A stretch of 64,000 bases of DNA, taken from assembly GCF_030028105.1 (NCBI RefSeq), contig NC_092375.1, positions 164,919,415 through 164,983,414 of the forward strand, written 5' to 3'. Source of the DNA: Mobula birostris (Eukaryota). The notes beneath the pieces are model-generated. The model worked only from the letters and a program-made list of their open reading frames with translations, did not search any database and was not told the origin of the DNA. This document shows positions 13,048 through 23,211 of this stretch, one piece after another; position 1 is the stretch's first letter; the number at the start of each line of letters is the position of its first letter. Position numbers and translations under genes: made by a program.

Positions 13048-13257
13048 CTCACCCAATTGAATTCACAAAGACAATTCAGGATATTGTGGTAAACGAACAC
13101 GAGTCCGCTGTATTTGAGTGTGAGGTATCCTTTGATGATGCCATTGTAACCTGGTTTAAAGACACAGTGGTTTTGAAAGAAAGTGCAAAATACAGTTTCA
13201 GAAGGGAAGGGCGCCGACATTTTATGACCATCCATAATGTCACAACAGAAGATGAAG
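13048..13257 (+). CDS. ttn: Titin N2A Ig I83, first exon (210 nt)
   Basis: gttatag|CTCACCCA...GATGAAG|gtttgt; FECEVSFDDAIVTW. Confidence 0.95.
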
Positions 13258-13782
13258 GTTTGTTTATTGTAATGATTCAATCTTATTTTTACTATAATGG
13301 TTATTTCTTTATTTTGATTATCAGCTGAGGTTAATTTTCAGAGAGCAATTCAAACTAGAGAAGTTACGTTAAGCTTAATTTTGAACTTTGATCAGAACAC
13401 AGTCATAAAAATGTCCTCAATGTACTGAGAAGTACAAAAGTGAATGTAAAACTGGTTATATCAATAAAAAAGAATGAATAATTATGACTAGAGGCCTGAT
13501 AGAGGTATTTGGAAATGTAAAGTTGTTTTATATAAGTAATGGATACAATGGTGTATGTGATGTTTTCCAAAATTAGGAGCCTTGGGTATAATCAAATAAC
13601 AAGACTAGGAGGTTCTGTACCTTGAACATGGATTCTGGAATGAATCCCTGCATCCATCAACATCAATATAGGCTTTTTTTATTGTTAACCTGTTTCTATG
13701 CTATACATATTCTGAAATACATTGAAATCTCATTTCAGTTAAAATAAAGATAAATATCAAAGTATAAAATTATTTTCTTCAG

Positions 13783-13860
13783 GTGTTTATTCTGTAATTG
13801 CTCAACTGGAACCAAGAGGTGAAGCTAAAAGTACTGCAGAACTTTATGTGTCTAGCCAAG
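13783..13860 (+). CDS. ttn: Titin N2A Ig I83, second exon (78 nt)
   Basis: ttcag|GTGTTTAT...AGCCAAG|gtaggt; VYSVIAQLEPRGEAKSTAELY. Confidence 0.93.
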
Positions 13861-13945
13861 GTAGGTACTTTTGACTTTAACACAATTTTTTTCAAAGAAA
13901 TTGTGTTGTTTTCAGAACTAATTTATGTGTTTACCTCACTTACAG

Positions 13946-13972
13946 AAATTACCTTGCAGCGGAGGAAACCTG
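13946..13972 (+). CDS. ttn: Titin 27 nt microexon (EITLQRRKP)
   Basis: ttacag|...CCTG|gtatgt; same size and position as the recalled human EIKLELKPP exon. Confidence 0.85.
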
Positions 13973-14415
13973 GTATGTAATCTTTTTAAGATTTCATATT
14001 CCAGTAATCAAATATTAGTTTACAAAAAGATAAATCATGAACAGATGCAATTGTGCTCATTGCCTCATTTAGTTAGTGGTTCACAAGCTGCTGTAAGTTT
14101 GTTTACAATAAAGTACCTATATTAAATAATTTCACAAATATTACTGCTCTTAAAATATTTCTAATTTGTATGTAAAATGTAAATGTGTATGCAAATGTTA
14201 GGCTGATAATGAATTTTAAAAGCTACCTTTAACACTCCGTTGTCATTGCTGTTAATCATTTTGTTTACACTTCCTGAAAACCTTGCTAGGATTTAAAACT
14301 TGAAATGCCAATTAGAAGTTTAATTTCTTGAAGTAAAATATTCAAAAATATCAATACAGTAAATCCACAGGATCAAAAACCTAAAAATAATACATATTCT
14401 CTCTGTATTCTTCAG

Positions 14416-14460
14416 ATGTTCCTGACTTTGAAATTCCATTTGAAGAAAAATCATTTACAG
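14416..14460 (+). CDS. ttn: Titin 45 nt exon (DVPDFEIPFEEKSFT)
   Basis: ttcttcag|ATGTTCCT...TTTACAG|gtaaaa; phase 1-1, open frame. Confidence 0.8.
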
Positions 14461-14689
14461 GTAAAACAACTGATAATATATGAATGTATTGTCAAGTAAG
14501 TCAGGGCTGGGCTGAAGAATTTATTACTGTGTAATTTGGATAGGAAGCAGCCTTTGATTTGACAGATCTGAGGCCAGCTGGAAGAACAAATATGCCCAGA
14601 TTGCTTGGGTTCAATTGGGTACCGGTGTGGATGAGGCTAGTGGAAGGAGTTTGGTGGTGATTTTGACTGTAGCAGATGTATAGTTGAGA

Positions 14690-14870
14690 CAACATTCCAC
14701 CAATCACTGCTGAATCCATTCTTGCCATTGCCCCTTCTCCCCTCTATGCTAGCTGTCTTGCCCCTCCACTCTCAGTCCTGATGCAGGGCTTTGATCAAAA
14801 AAGCCGACAATTTATTTCGAGTCACCAGTGTTAGTCAACCCGCTGAGTTCCTCCAGCAGACTGTTAGCTC
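14690..14870 (+). mobile_element. Degenerate Penelope-like terminal repeat remnant
   Basis: ctcagtcctgatgcaggg...cgctgagttcctccagc resembles the PLE end; boundaries approximate. Confidence 0.5.
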
Positions 14871-15289
14871 AATATTTCATTAGATATTCTCTTCAACCAC
14901 AGATGATTGACGAAGTTGTGGTGAATTGAGTATCATCATAGTGTTCCACTTGTGAGGATGTGCAATCTGAAGGTGCTTTTATTGATATTATGTGATCTTG
15001 TGATCCTCTGGGAATAGAGACCTCTCCCTACTTCCAAACTTCAGCACCAATGCCTCAATGGTTGTGATTAAAAAGCTTATTGCTTGCTCTCTCCTTGTAA
15101 ATTCTTCACATTTACCACAACAGCTTTACTTACAACAGGTTCAATGTACTGTACATATATATCCTTTTGCATGATTTTCATGTCGTCAAATTTAGCAGCC
15201 ATTGCAAACTTTTTCCTAAATCTAACTTGCAAAAAATTGTACTTAAGAACTGTATTTTGGATTTGTGTGCACTTTTTTATGCTGTACTT

Positions 15290-15775
15290 TTCAAGTTCAA
15301 GTTTAGTTGTCATTCAAAAATATACATGAATGCAGCCAAATGAAACTGAATTCCTCTGGGGTCAAGGTGCAAAACCACACAGCACCAACAGATACGCACA
15401 GCACAAGGCACATACAGCATATATAATTATGATAGCAGTGAAAATACAGTGACAAAAATTATATAGCCCAAGTCCCTGAGTGTCATGTCCAGTAAATTGA
15501 TGATGCATGGATGTTATCCTGGAGCCATGTTTCTGCAAGGACAAACCTGCAGCAGTTTCTCATCTCTTGCAAGTACAGTTGCAGACGAATGTAGTCCAGT
15601 TTGTCTTCCACTGAGTGAACACTGGAGGGCAGGACAGGACAGCCAGCCCCCAATCCAGTACGGAATCTAGTGGCACACGACCAGCTCCGGCGTCTCCTTC
15701 CCCAGAGGGCGCATCAGGTGATCCAGAGGCATGAGGGCCTTGTCCATGCAGCAACCATGTTTGAAGTTTCTTTTT
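15290..15775 (-). mobile_element. Degenerate LINE 3' end, Rex1/Babar-like
   Basis: (ttcaag)n tail and composition like the 18185 element; boundaries approximate. Confidence 0.45.
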
Positions 15776-15881
15776 TCCTGTATCTCCCCATGTATTTGTT
15801 TCAGTTAGCTGTTCAGATGTAACCTCCTTAATTATGTTAACATGATTGGATATTGATATTTTTTTCTTATCTTTTTAACAG

Positions 15882-15905
15882 AACAAGAATGGACAGAAGA
15901 AATAG
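15882..15905 (+). CDS. ttn: Candidate titin 24 nt microexon (EQEWTEEI)
   Basis: Long pyrimidine tract, aacag|AACAAG...ATAG|gtaatg; phase 1-1, acidic. Confidence 0.7.
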   Translation, partial: NKNGQKK

Positions 15906-16933
15906 GTAATGTGTTTCACATATTTGGTTTTAATAAAGTATGGAAATTATTGAATCCCATTCAAACATTCTGAATCAGCATAATTTAAACAATACTGTTA
16001 AACAGAATTGTTTTATCAGTGGACGGGCTCATGCTAATGATTCATCTTTATGATACTTGTCTCAAATGGATCATCTCTGCTACTACCCACACACATTTCC
16101 TTCCTCCCCAACCCTTCCCTCTCTCCAGCCAGCATGCTAATACAGTCATACACTCTGGAAACAATTGTTCATCCAGTCAGACCCAATAATAGTGTCCATA
16201 TCCATGTCAACTTAATTTTTAAGTCAGTTGATGCTAAACAGAAATTAAGCTTTGCAGAAATTGAACCTCACACCAAATTACATTAGTTAATAATCTGAAA
16301 CCTCTAATTTAGTAAGTTGATGCACCTCCCAATTCAGCACCTTCGAACTTTAAATGGACTTCAATACACTTCTGACATTGAAACATGGTGAGGCTAACTG
16401 GCCATGCATGAAGGCAGTTATATAGTGGCCCACAGCATTTTATCTCTATGTTTACCATTCTTGAGCAGCTTTTATGAAGTTATGATGAGGTTTACTGTGT
16501 ACCTATAAAAACTGAGCTGAGCATTGGAGTTCTTAGGAAGGCATCAGTTCCTTGATCAGAATGATTATGATGCGTGATGTACATTTCAAAGGATTCCCAG
16601 CTTTGAAGGGTTCTACTACACATAGGCATTGTTGCTCTGAACTCATAATTTATGCCAAGAATTCAAATATAACAGACACAAAGGCTGTCTCTATGTTATT
16701 CATGTTCCACATTTCATTTCTGTTCATTAGAAACCAACACTAATAATACAAATATAATATCATGCTGACTTAATTAAAATATAACTTTACTATATCAGTG
16801 GTTTAATGTAAGAAACCAATTTTTCAGTAAAACCTAATGTGTAATTTCTAATATTTAAAATCCAATATTCCAAGCAGGTGTCATATTCTTTCTATGTGTG
16901 ATGATTTATAAAAAAACATTTTCTTTTGAACAG

Positions 16934-16978
16934 GAATACACATTAATCGTGAGAAAACTGACCTTGAAGGGCCATTGA
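16934..16978 (+). CDS. ttn: Candidate titin 45 nt exon (GIHINREKTDLEGPL)
   Basis: ttttgaacag|GAATAC...TTGA|gtatga; phase 1-1; a competing out-of-frame donor lies at 16990. Confidence 0.5.
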   Translation, partial: EYTLIVRKLTLKGH

Positions 16979-17309
16979 GTATGACTATAGTAAGATTAAA
17001 TGAGTTAAAATGACAAGATGTCCAAATAATTTTCATTGATGACTAACTCTCCATTAATAATTTAGTTATTTTTCTTTAAACCTCCCTAAAGTCAATTCCT
17101 CATCTTAGGTCATTTGCTGTTGTACAAAGTTTGCTAAGAACAAATGAACATAAATAGACAAGGGGCAAAACAGTTTTATTTTCTCAAATTATGTTAATTA
17201 GCATACAACTGTTGTAGTTCGTAAACTTATAGTGTCTTGTCTCAATTGTTGCTATCTTCTACATGTGTTCTTGCTAAATGAAAACTGATAGCATATATCT
17301 CTTTTAAAG

Positions 17310-17384
17310 TGACTGAAATATCAAAGACTCATGAAGAAATTACTTACACTATTTTGGAAGAAGATGAAATTAGTCATCGGAAAG
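17310..17384 (+). CDS. ttn: Titin PEVK-type exon (75 nt, VTEISKTHEEITYTILEEDEISHRK)
   Basis: cttttaaag|TGACT...CGGAAAG|gtagaa. Confidence 0.8.
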
Positions 17385-18184
17385 GTAGAAACAGTTATGC
17401 TATCTTGTTTCAAACAACACATTATGGAGGATTACTTTTAAGGAATAAATATTTAGAATAGGATGTCAATAACCTGCTCTTTATAGGCAACATTATCTGT
17501 GAATTTTATGAAAAGTTATGTATTTGCGCCCAGTTCAGTGACTTCAACATTTTATTTGGTCAGATTTCTTGTAACAGATCAGCATCTTATTTCTTTTAAG
17601 TACTTCTTCAAAGGTAACGTTTGAACTTTAAAGGTGAATTTCATTATTTATGTTTTCATCTTAGCAAGTCTACTTCTGAGGATTTCTTATACAAATAGTT
17701 GTTAATGTTTTTGATGAGGTCATCAATAAAAATAATATAAAGCAATAATTTTAATGCAGAATTTTGTCAAAATTTACTTAGACTAGCTTATCCATATCCA
17801 TTTCTTTTAATAACATTTTTATGCTGCTAAGGAGTCAATTTTTTCCAAGTTGGGGCTGGTCTGTATTCCTACAGAACTTTCTATCAACTAGCCTTCAATG
17901 CAGTGCATTTTTGTGAAGCTCTTAGAAATTTAGTTACGTAGCATTATTAGACTGTAATCATTCACTATTTTCGAAACTTCCTCAAAGAACTCACTGAAGT
18001 TAATGCAGTAGAAACTTTATATGTTGAAGCAATATTAGGAATCTCAACCAATTATGCATTTACATACAACAATTTCTCACAAATGTCAAGTTGACAAGTA
18101 TGCAGTATAATTACCAGGATCACTTAAATTTTCAAGTTGTTTTGAATATTTTAAATGTTGGAATCAATGCAGACTTCAGCAACT

Positions 18185-19112
18185 AAGATTCAAAATTCAA
18201 GATTGTTTAATGTCATTTCCAGTACACACGTGTAAATCAGAATGAAATAATTGTTACTCCGGATCCAATACAGCCCAAAAAACGCAACAAATATAAATAC
18301 ATTGGATAGCTTATATACATAGAGTAATTTTATGTCCATTAAGTCACGCTAGGCACAGGAGTGTCTGTGCATAAGGTGACTCTGACAGGAAATAATAAAG
18401 TAATGGTGGTGGGGGTGGGGCGGTGCTGGGGTAGGTTAGTGAGTGGAGATGTTACTGCTTGGAGAGAATAGCAACTTTTAAGTCTGGTGTATACTGCATA
18501 GCCTCCTCCCTGATGGGAGTCGGACAAACAGTCCATGAACAGGGTGGGTGGGATCCTTCATGATGTTGCTGGCCTTTTTCTGGCACTTTCTGTATAGATG
18601 TCCTTGATGGTGGGTAGACCAGTGCTGGTGATGTGCTGGACAGTTTTGACTACCCGTTGTTGAGATTCTCTGTGTGCCTTAGTGCAATTTCCATAACATG
18701 CAGTGATGAAGCATGTTAGGATACTCTCTACTGTGCATCTGCAGAAGGACATGTGTATTGATGTGCATAGTCCAGCTCCTGTCAGTCTCCTCAGAAAAAG
18801 AGGCATTGGTGAGCATTCTTGATTGTATAGGATGTGTTCAGGAACCATGACAGGTTGTATAAATTGTGCACTCCCTGGAGTTTGAAGCTGCTTGCATTTC
18901 CCATTTCTGTGCCACCAATGTAAAGAGTGGTATGAGTGGTGTGAGTTCTCCTGAAGTCAATAACCATCTGCTTTCTCATGTTGACATTGAGGGAGACAAT
19001 ATTTGCTTGGCACCAGCTCTCAAGCACTTCCACCTCCTCTCTATAGGATGTTTAATCATTGTTGACAATGGGCCCCACCACTGCCGCCCCATCAGCAAAC
19101 TTGACAATGGCG
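18185..19112 (-). mobile_element. Rex1/Babar-clade LINE 3' fragment (degenerate RT C-terminus)
   Basis: Minus-strand remnants IVKFADG, MVIDFRR, SSFKLQGVH and FCRCTVESILTCFITACYGNCT; ttcaag-type tail. Confidence 0.75.
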
Positions 19113-19421
19113 AAATAGTATGTAAATGAATTATTGACTCACTGGGCGTATCACTGAGATTAGACAGAATCAGCACCATTAAAATATTTTTTTCAAAAAT
19201 AGGTTTTGTACTAATACTTACTTTAATGGAAGTATGTGATTCAAGATCTTGGCAATTCAATTTTGCCACATACATTCTTCTTATCAGTCGATTGTGCTCT
19301 CTGGTCTAATTTGTATAATATATGTTTGTCATCCAGGTTTCATTTCACTTTTCAAACATTTTTGAAAAAATGTCCATTCATTTCAATGTCTTGCATCTAA
19401 AATTAAAAATGTTCTTTAAAG

Positions 19422-19493
19422 TGTCCAAGAAGCCAATTTCTGATGAAGTTAAGCCACAGCTTGTTTCAAGAAAAGAAGTTCCTCCAACCAAAG
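19422..19493 (+). CDS. ttn: PEVK array exon A1 (72 nt, one codon shorter than other copies)
   Basis: tttaaag|TGTCC...ACCAAAG|gtatgg; VSKKPISDEVKPQLVSRKEVPPTK. Confidence 0.9.
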
Positions 19494-19722
19494 GTATGGG
19501 AATATGCATCCCATCATTTTAAACAGAGCCCTTGAAAAAGTAATCACGTGATCAATTGGCTTTACTGTGTGTGTGCGCGCACATGTTTGTATATACGGTG
19601 ATGTCTTGTGCATTTATGCTGAATCTTGATTCATATTTGGTCACTTGTTTTGTGCATTTTATCATTAAGTCGAGTGGAGATATTAAATTAGAAGTAATAC
19701 AGTGAAGCATGAAACTGTAAAT

Positions 19723-19799
19723 CAGGGGATCCCAACCTGGAGTCCATGGACCCCTCGGGCATCCATGGCTCCATGGCATAAAAAGGTTGGGAACCCCTG
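19723..19799. mobile_element. 77 bp hAT-like MITE, one copy per array unit (also 21858-21934, 28051-28127, 30401-30477, and units 5-8)
   Basis: 16 bp TIRs caggggatcccaacct / aggttgggaacccctg (15/16 match); no clean TSD. Confidence 0.6.
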
Positions 19800-20566
19800 C
19801 GTTGAAAATAAGACAGAAAATGCAATGTGCCTATGATTTATGTAGAGAATTCACTCAGCCAACCAGAAAACGATGGAAAAATTCATCCGGTTATGAACAG
19901 TTAACATTTCAGTTCTGAGAGCCTTCATCAAAACAAAGGAAGACAGAAACAAATTACTCTAGATGGCAGAGAAAATGGAGGAGGATAATGGGTGTAACAA
20001 AAGGAATTTCTTTGATGGGGTGAAAATGTGGAACTGTGAAGAGACAGTAAAGCCTCCTGTATATGACTTATTGCCTTCCCTCATCTTTTTTGCATTCTTG
20101 ACTAATTTGTTTCTTTATCAGTTCTGATGAAAGTTGTCTGACCCAAAACATCAGCTGTTCATCCTTCCACACATGTGCCTAGCTTGCTGAGTTTTCCCAG
20201 CATTTTCTGTTTTTACTTACTTGGGGTAGTGAGTTCTTCTCATAAATCATGAGCACATTTTGAAGTAATCACACCATAAAGTGCTATACCTCAGAAAAAA
20301 ATATTTTCATCAAAGTTATTTGAGTTCATTGAGAGAATTTGTTATTAAAATAATTAGTGGGCAGTCAAGCATTTCTGCTTGAATTATTAAGTCAGCTGCA
20401 TTTGATGTAATTTCTGTACACATTATAAATATGTGCTCGTCACAAGATGATGAACTATGTCAAGTCTTATTTGTAGTAATGCATTTAATGTTATGTGCAT
20501 TGCTATTTTAAATATTCTTAGTGTATGCCTCTGAAATTCTCTTCTCCAAAAATTACATTTTTCAAG

Positions 20567-20641
20567 TGCCCGAGGTTCCTGAGTTTATTCCTGAAGAAAA
20601 GAAGCCAGTTGTACCAGAAGAAGAAGTTGCTCCAATGAAAG
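20567..20641 (+). CDS. ttn: PEVK array exon B1 (75 nt)
   Basis: ttcaag|TGCCC...ATGAAAG|gtacaa; VPEVPEFIPEEKKPVVPEEEVAPMK. Confidence 0.9.
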
Positions 20642-21552
20642 GTACAAAAGAAGGCACATATTTTATATTAGTTACTCTTTCAATAAATGATGCTATCATA
20701 ATTGCATTAGCTTGGAGAGTAATTATATTTTAGGGGACCTTTTAATTTTGTGTCTTTTGTTTGTGTATCTGTTTAATTTTTACTGTATCAGTTTGTCCTT
20801 GAAACCAAACTCTAATGTAAGATAGTGTTTGGTGGTTGTAATTGTCTGATGCTGTACAAGCTTTTTGTGTATCAAAATGACAGTTTAGTCCTGCAGCACA
20901 GTTGTGTTGAATGTCAAACTGCTGATGGGACATATTGGGGTAACCAATGTGTAGTGGACCTGTATATGGTAACTGCTGTTTAAAAAAGGCATGAAAAATC
21001 AAGGAACTGCTAACCTCTTAGCCAGGCATCATTAGTTGGGAAGATTCTGGAACCTGTCATAAATAAACCAATATAATATTATGATTGAACAAACAGAACA
21101 TGGGTTTATGAAGGTAGAGTACATAAGACTAAACTCCAGGAATATTTGGGGATGTATCTGATAGAGTGGATGAGGGAGATCCAGTGTAGATATTAAGTAA
21201 TTGGCTTTTCAGAAGGCTTGAATCGGTTCTGAAGAGATTAGTCAACAACGTTCATGCATGAATTGAAGTAGCATCTGCAATTACTGAAAACATGGAAGAG
21301 AAGTGGAAAATATCTAATAATTTTTTGAAAATAGGTTTTGTACTAATACTTTCTTTAATGGAATATGAGATTCAAGATCTTGGCAACTCAATTTTGCCAC
21401 ATACATTCTTCTTTTCAGTCGATTGTGCTCTGTGGTCTAATTTGTATAATATATGTTTGTCAACCATGTTTCATTTCACTTTTCATACATTTTTCAAAAA
21501 ATGTCCATTAATTTCAATGTCCTGCATCTAAAATTATAAATGTTCTTTAAAG

Positions 21553-21627
21553 TGCCCAAGAAGCCGATTTCTGATGAAGTTAAGCCACAGATTGTTTCAA
21601 GAAAAGAAAAGGTTCCTCCAACCAAAG
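21553..21627 (+). CDS. ttn: PEVK array exon A2 (75 nt)
   Basis: aaag|TGCCC...AAAG|gtatgg; VPKKPISDEVKPQIVSRKEKVPPTK. Confidence 0.9.
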
Positions 21628-22701
21628 GTATGGGAATATGCATCCCATCATTTTAAACGGAGCCCTTGAAAAGTAATCACATGATCAATTGGCTTTACTG
21701 TGTGTGTGCGCGCGCACATGTTTGTATATACGGTGATGTCTTGTGCATTTATGCTGAATCTTGATTCATATTTGGTCACTTGTTTTGTGCATTTTATCAT
21801 TAAGTCGAGTGGAGATATTGAATTAGAAATAGTATACTGAAGCATGAAACTGTAAATCAGGGGATCCCAACCTGGAGTCTATGGACCCCTCGGGCATCCA
21901 TGGCTCCATGGCATAAAAAGGTTGGGAACCCCTGCGTTGAAAATAAGACAGAAAATGCAATGTGCCTATGATTTATGTAGAGAATTCACTCAGCCAACCA
22001 GAAAACGATGGAAAAATTCATCCGGTTATGAACAGTTAACATTTCAGTTCTGAGAGCCTTCATCAAAACAAAGGAAGACAGAAACAAATTACTCTAGATG
22101 GCAGAGAAAATGGAGGAGGATAATGGGTGTAACAAAAGGAATTTCTTTGATGGGGTGAAAATGTGGAACTGTGAAGAGACAGTAAAGCCTCCTGTATATG
22201 ACTCATTGCCTTCCCTCATCTTTTTTGCATTCTTGACTAATTTGTTTCTTTATCAGTTCTGATGAAAGTTGTCTGACCCAAAACATCAGCTGTTCATCCT
22301 TCCACACATGTGCCTAGCTTGCTGAGTTTTCCCAGTATTTTCTGTTTTTACTTACTTGGGGTAGTGAGTTCTTCTCATGAATCGTGAGCACATTTTGAAG
22401 TAATCACACCATAAAGTGCTATACCTCAGAAAAAAATATTTTCATCAAAGTTATTTGAGTTCATTGAGAGAATTTGTTATTAAAATAATTAGTGGGCAGT
22501 CAAGCATTTCTGCTTGAATTATTAAGTCAGCTGCATTTGATGTAATTTCTGTACACATTATAAATATGTGCTCGTCACAAGATGATGAACTATGTCAAGT
22601 CTTATTTGTAGTAATGCATTTAATGTTATGTGCATTGCTATTTTAAATATTCTTAGTGTATGCCTCTGAAATTCTCTTCTCCAAAAATTAAATTCTTCAA
22701 G

Positions 22702-22776
22702 TGCCCGAGGTTCCTGAGTTTATTCCTGAAGAAAAGAAGCCAGTTGTACCAGAAGAAAAAGTTGCTCCACTGAAAG
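22702..22776 (+). CDS. ttn: PEVK array exon B2 (75 nt)
   Basis: caag|TGCCC...CTGAAAG|gtacga. Confidence 0.9.
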
Positions 22777-23211
22777 GTACGAAAGAAGACACATATTTTA
22801 TATTACAGTTACTCTTTCAATAAATGATGCTATCATAATTGCATTACCTTGGAAAGTAATTCTATTTTAGGGTTCCTTCTAATTTTTTGTCTTTTGTTTG
22901 TGTATCTGTATAATTTTTACTGTATCAGTTTGTCCTCCTTGAAACCAAAAATCTCTAATGTAAAATAGTGTTTGATGATTGTAATTGTCTGATGCTGTAT
23001 AAGCTTTTTGTGTATCAAAATGACAGTTGTACTCCTGCAGCAAAGTTGTGTTGAATGTCAAACTAGTGATGGGACATATTGGGGTAACCAATGTGTAGTG
23101 AACCTGTATATGGAAACTGCTGTTTAAAAAAAGGCAAGGACAATCAGGGAACTGCTAACCTGTTAGCCTGGCATCATTAGTTAGGAAGATTCTGGAACCT
23201 GTAATAAATAA

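Noticed and set aside
936-13328. ORF-track starts and ends around the Ig exons as independent genes
   Set aside because: The extensions are intron read-through; true limits are the AG/GT sites.
17601-17633. Possible microexon ttttaag|TACTTC... with two GT donors
   Set aside because: The 13 nt form shifts frame and the 33 nt form contains an in-frame TAA.
18405-18455. G-rich tract as a G-quadruplex
   Set aside because: Only three runs of three or more G, inside a decayed LINE remnant.
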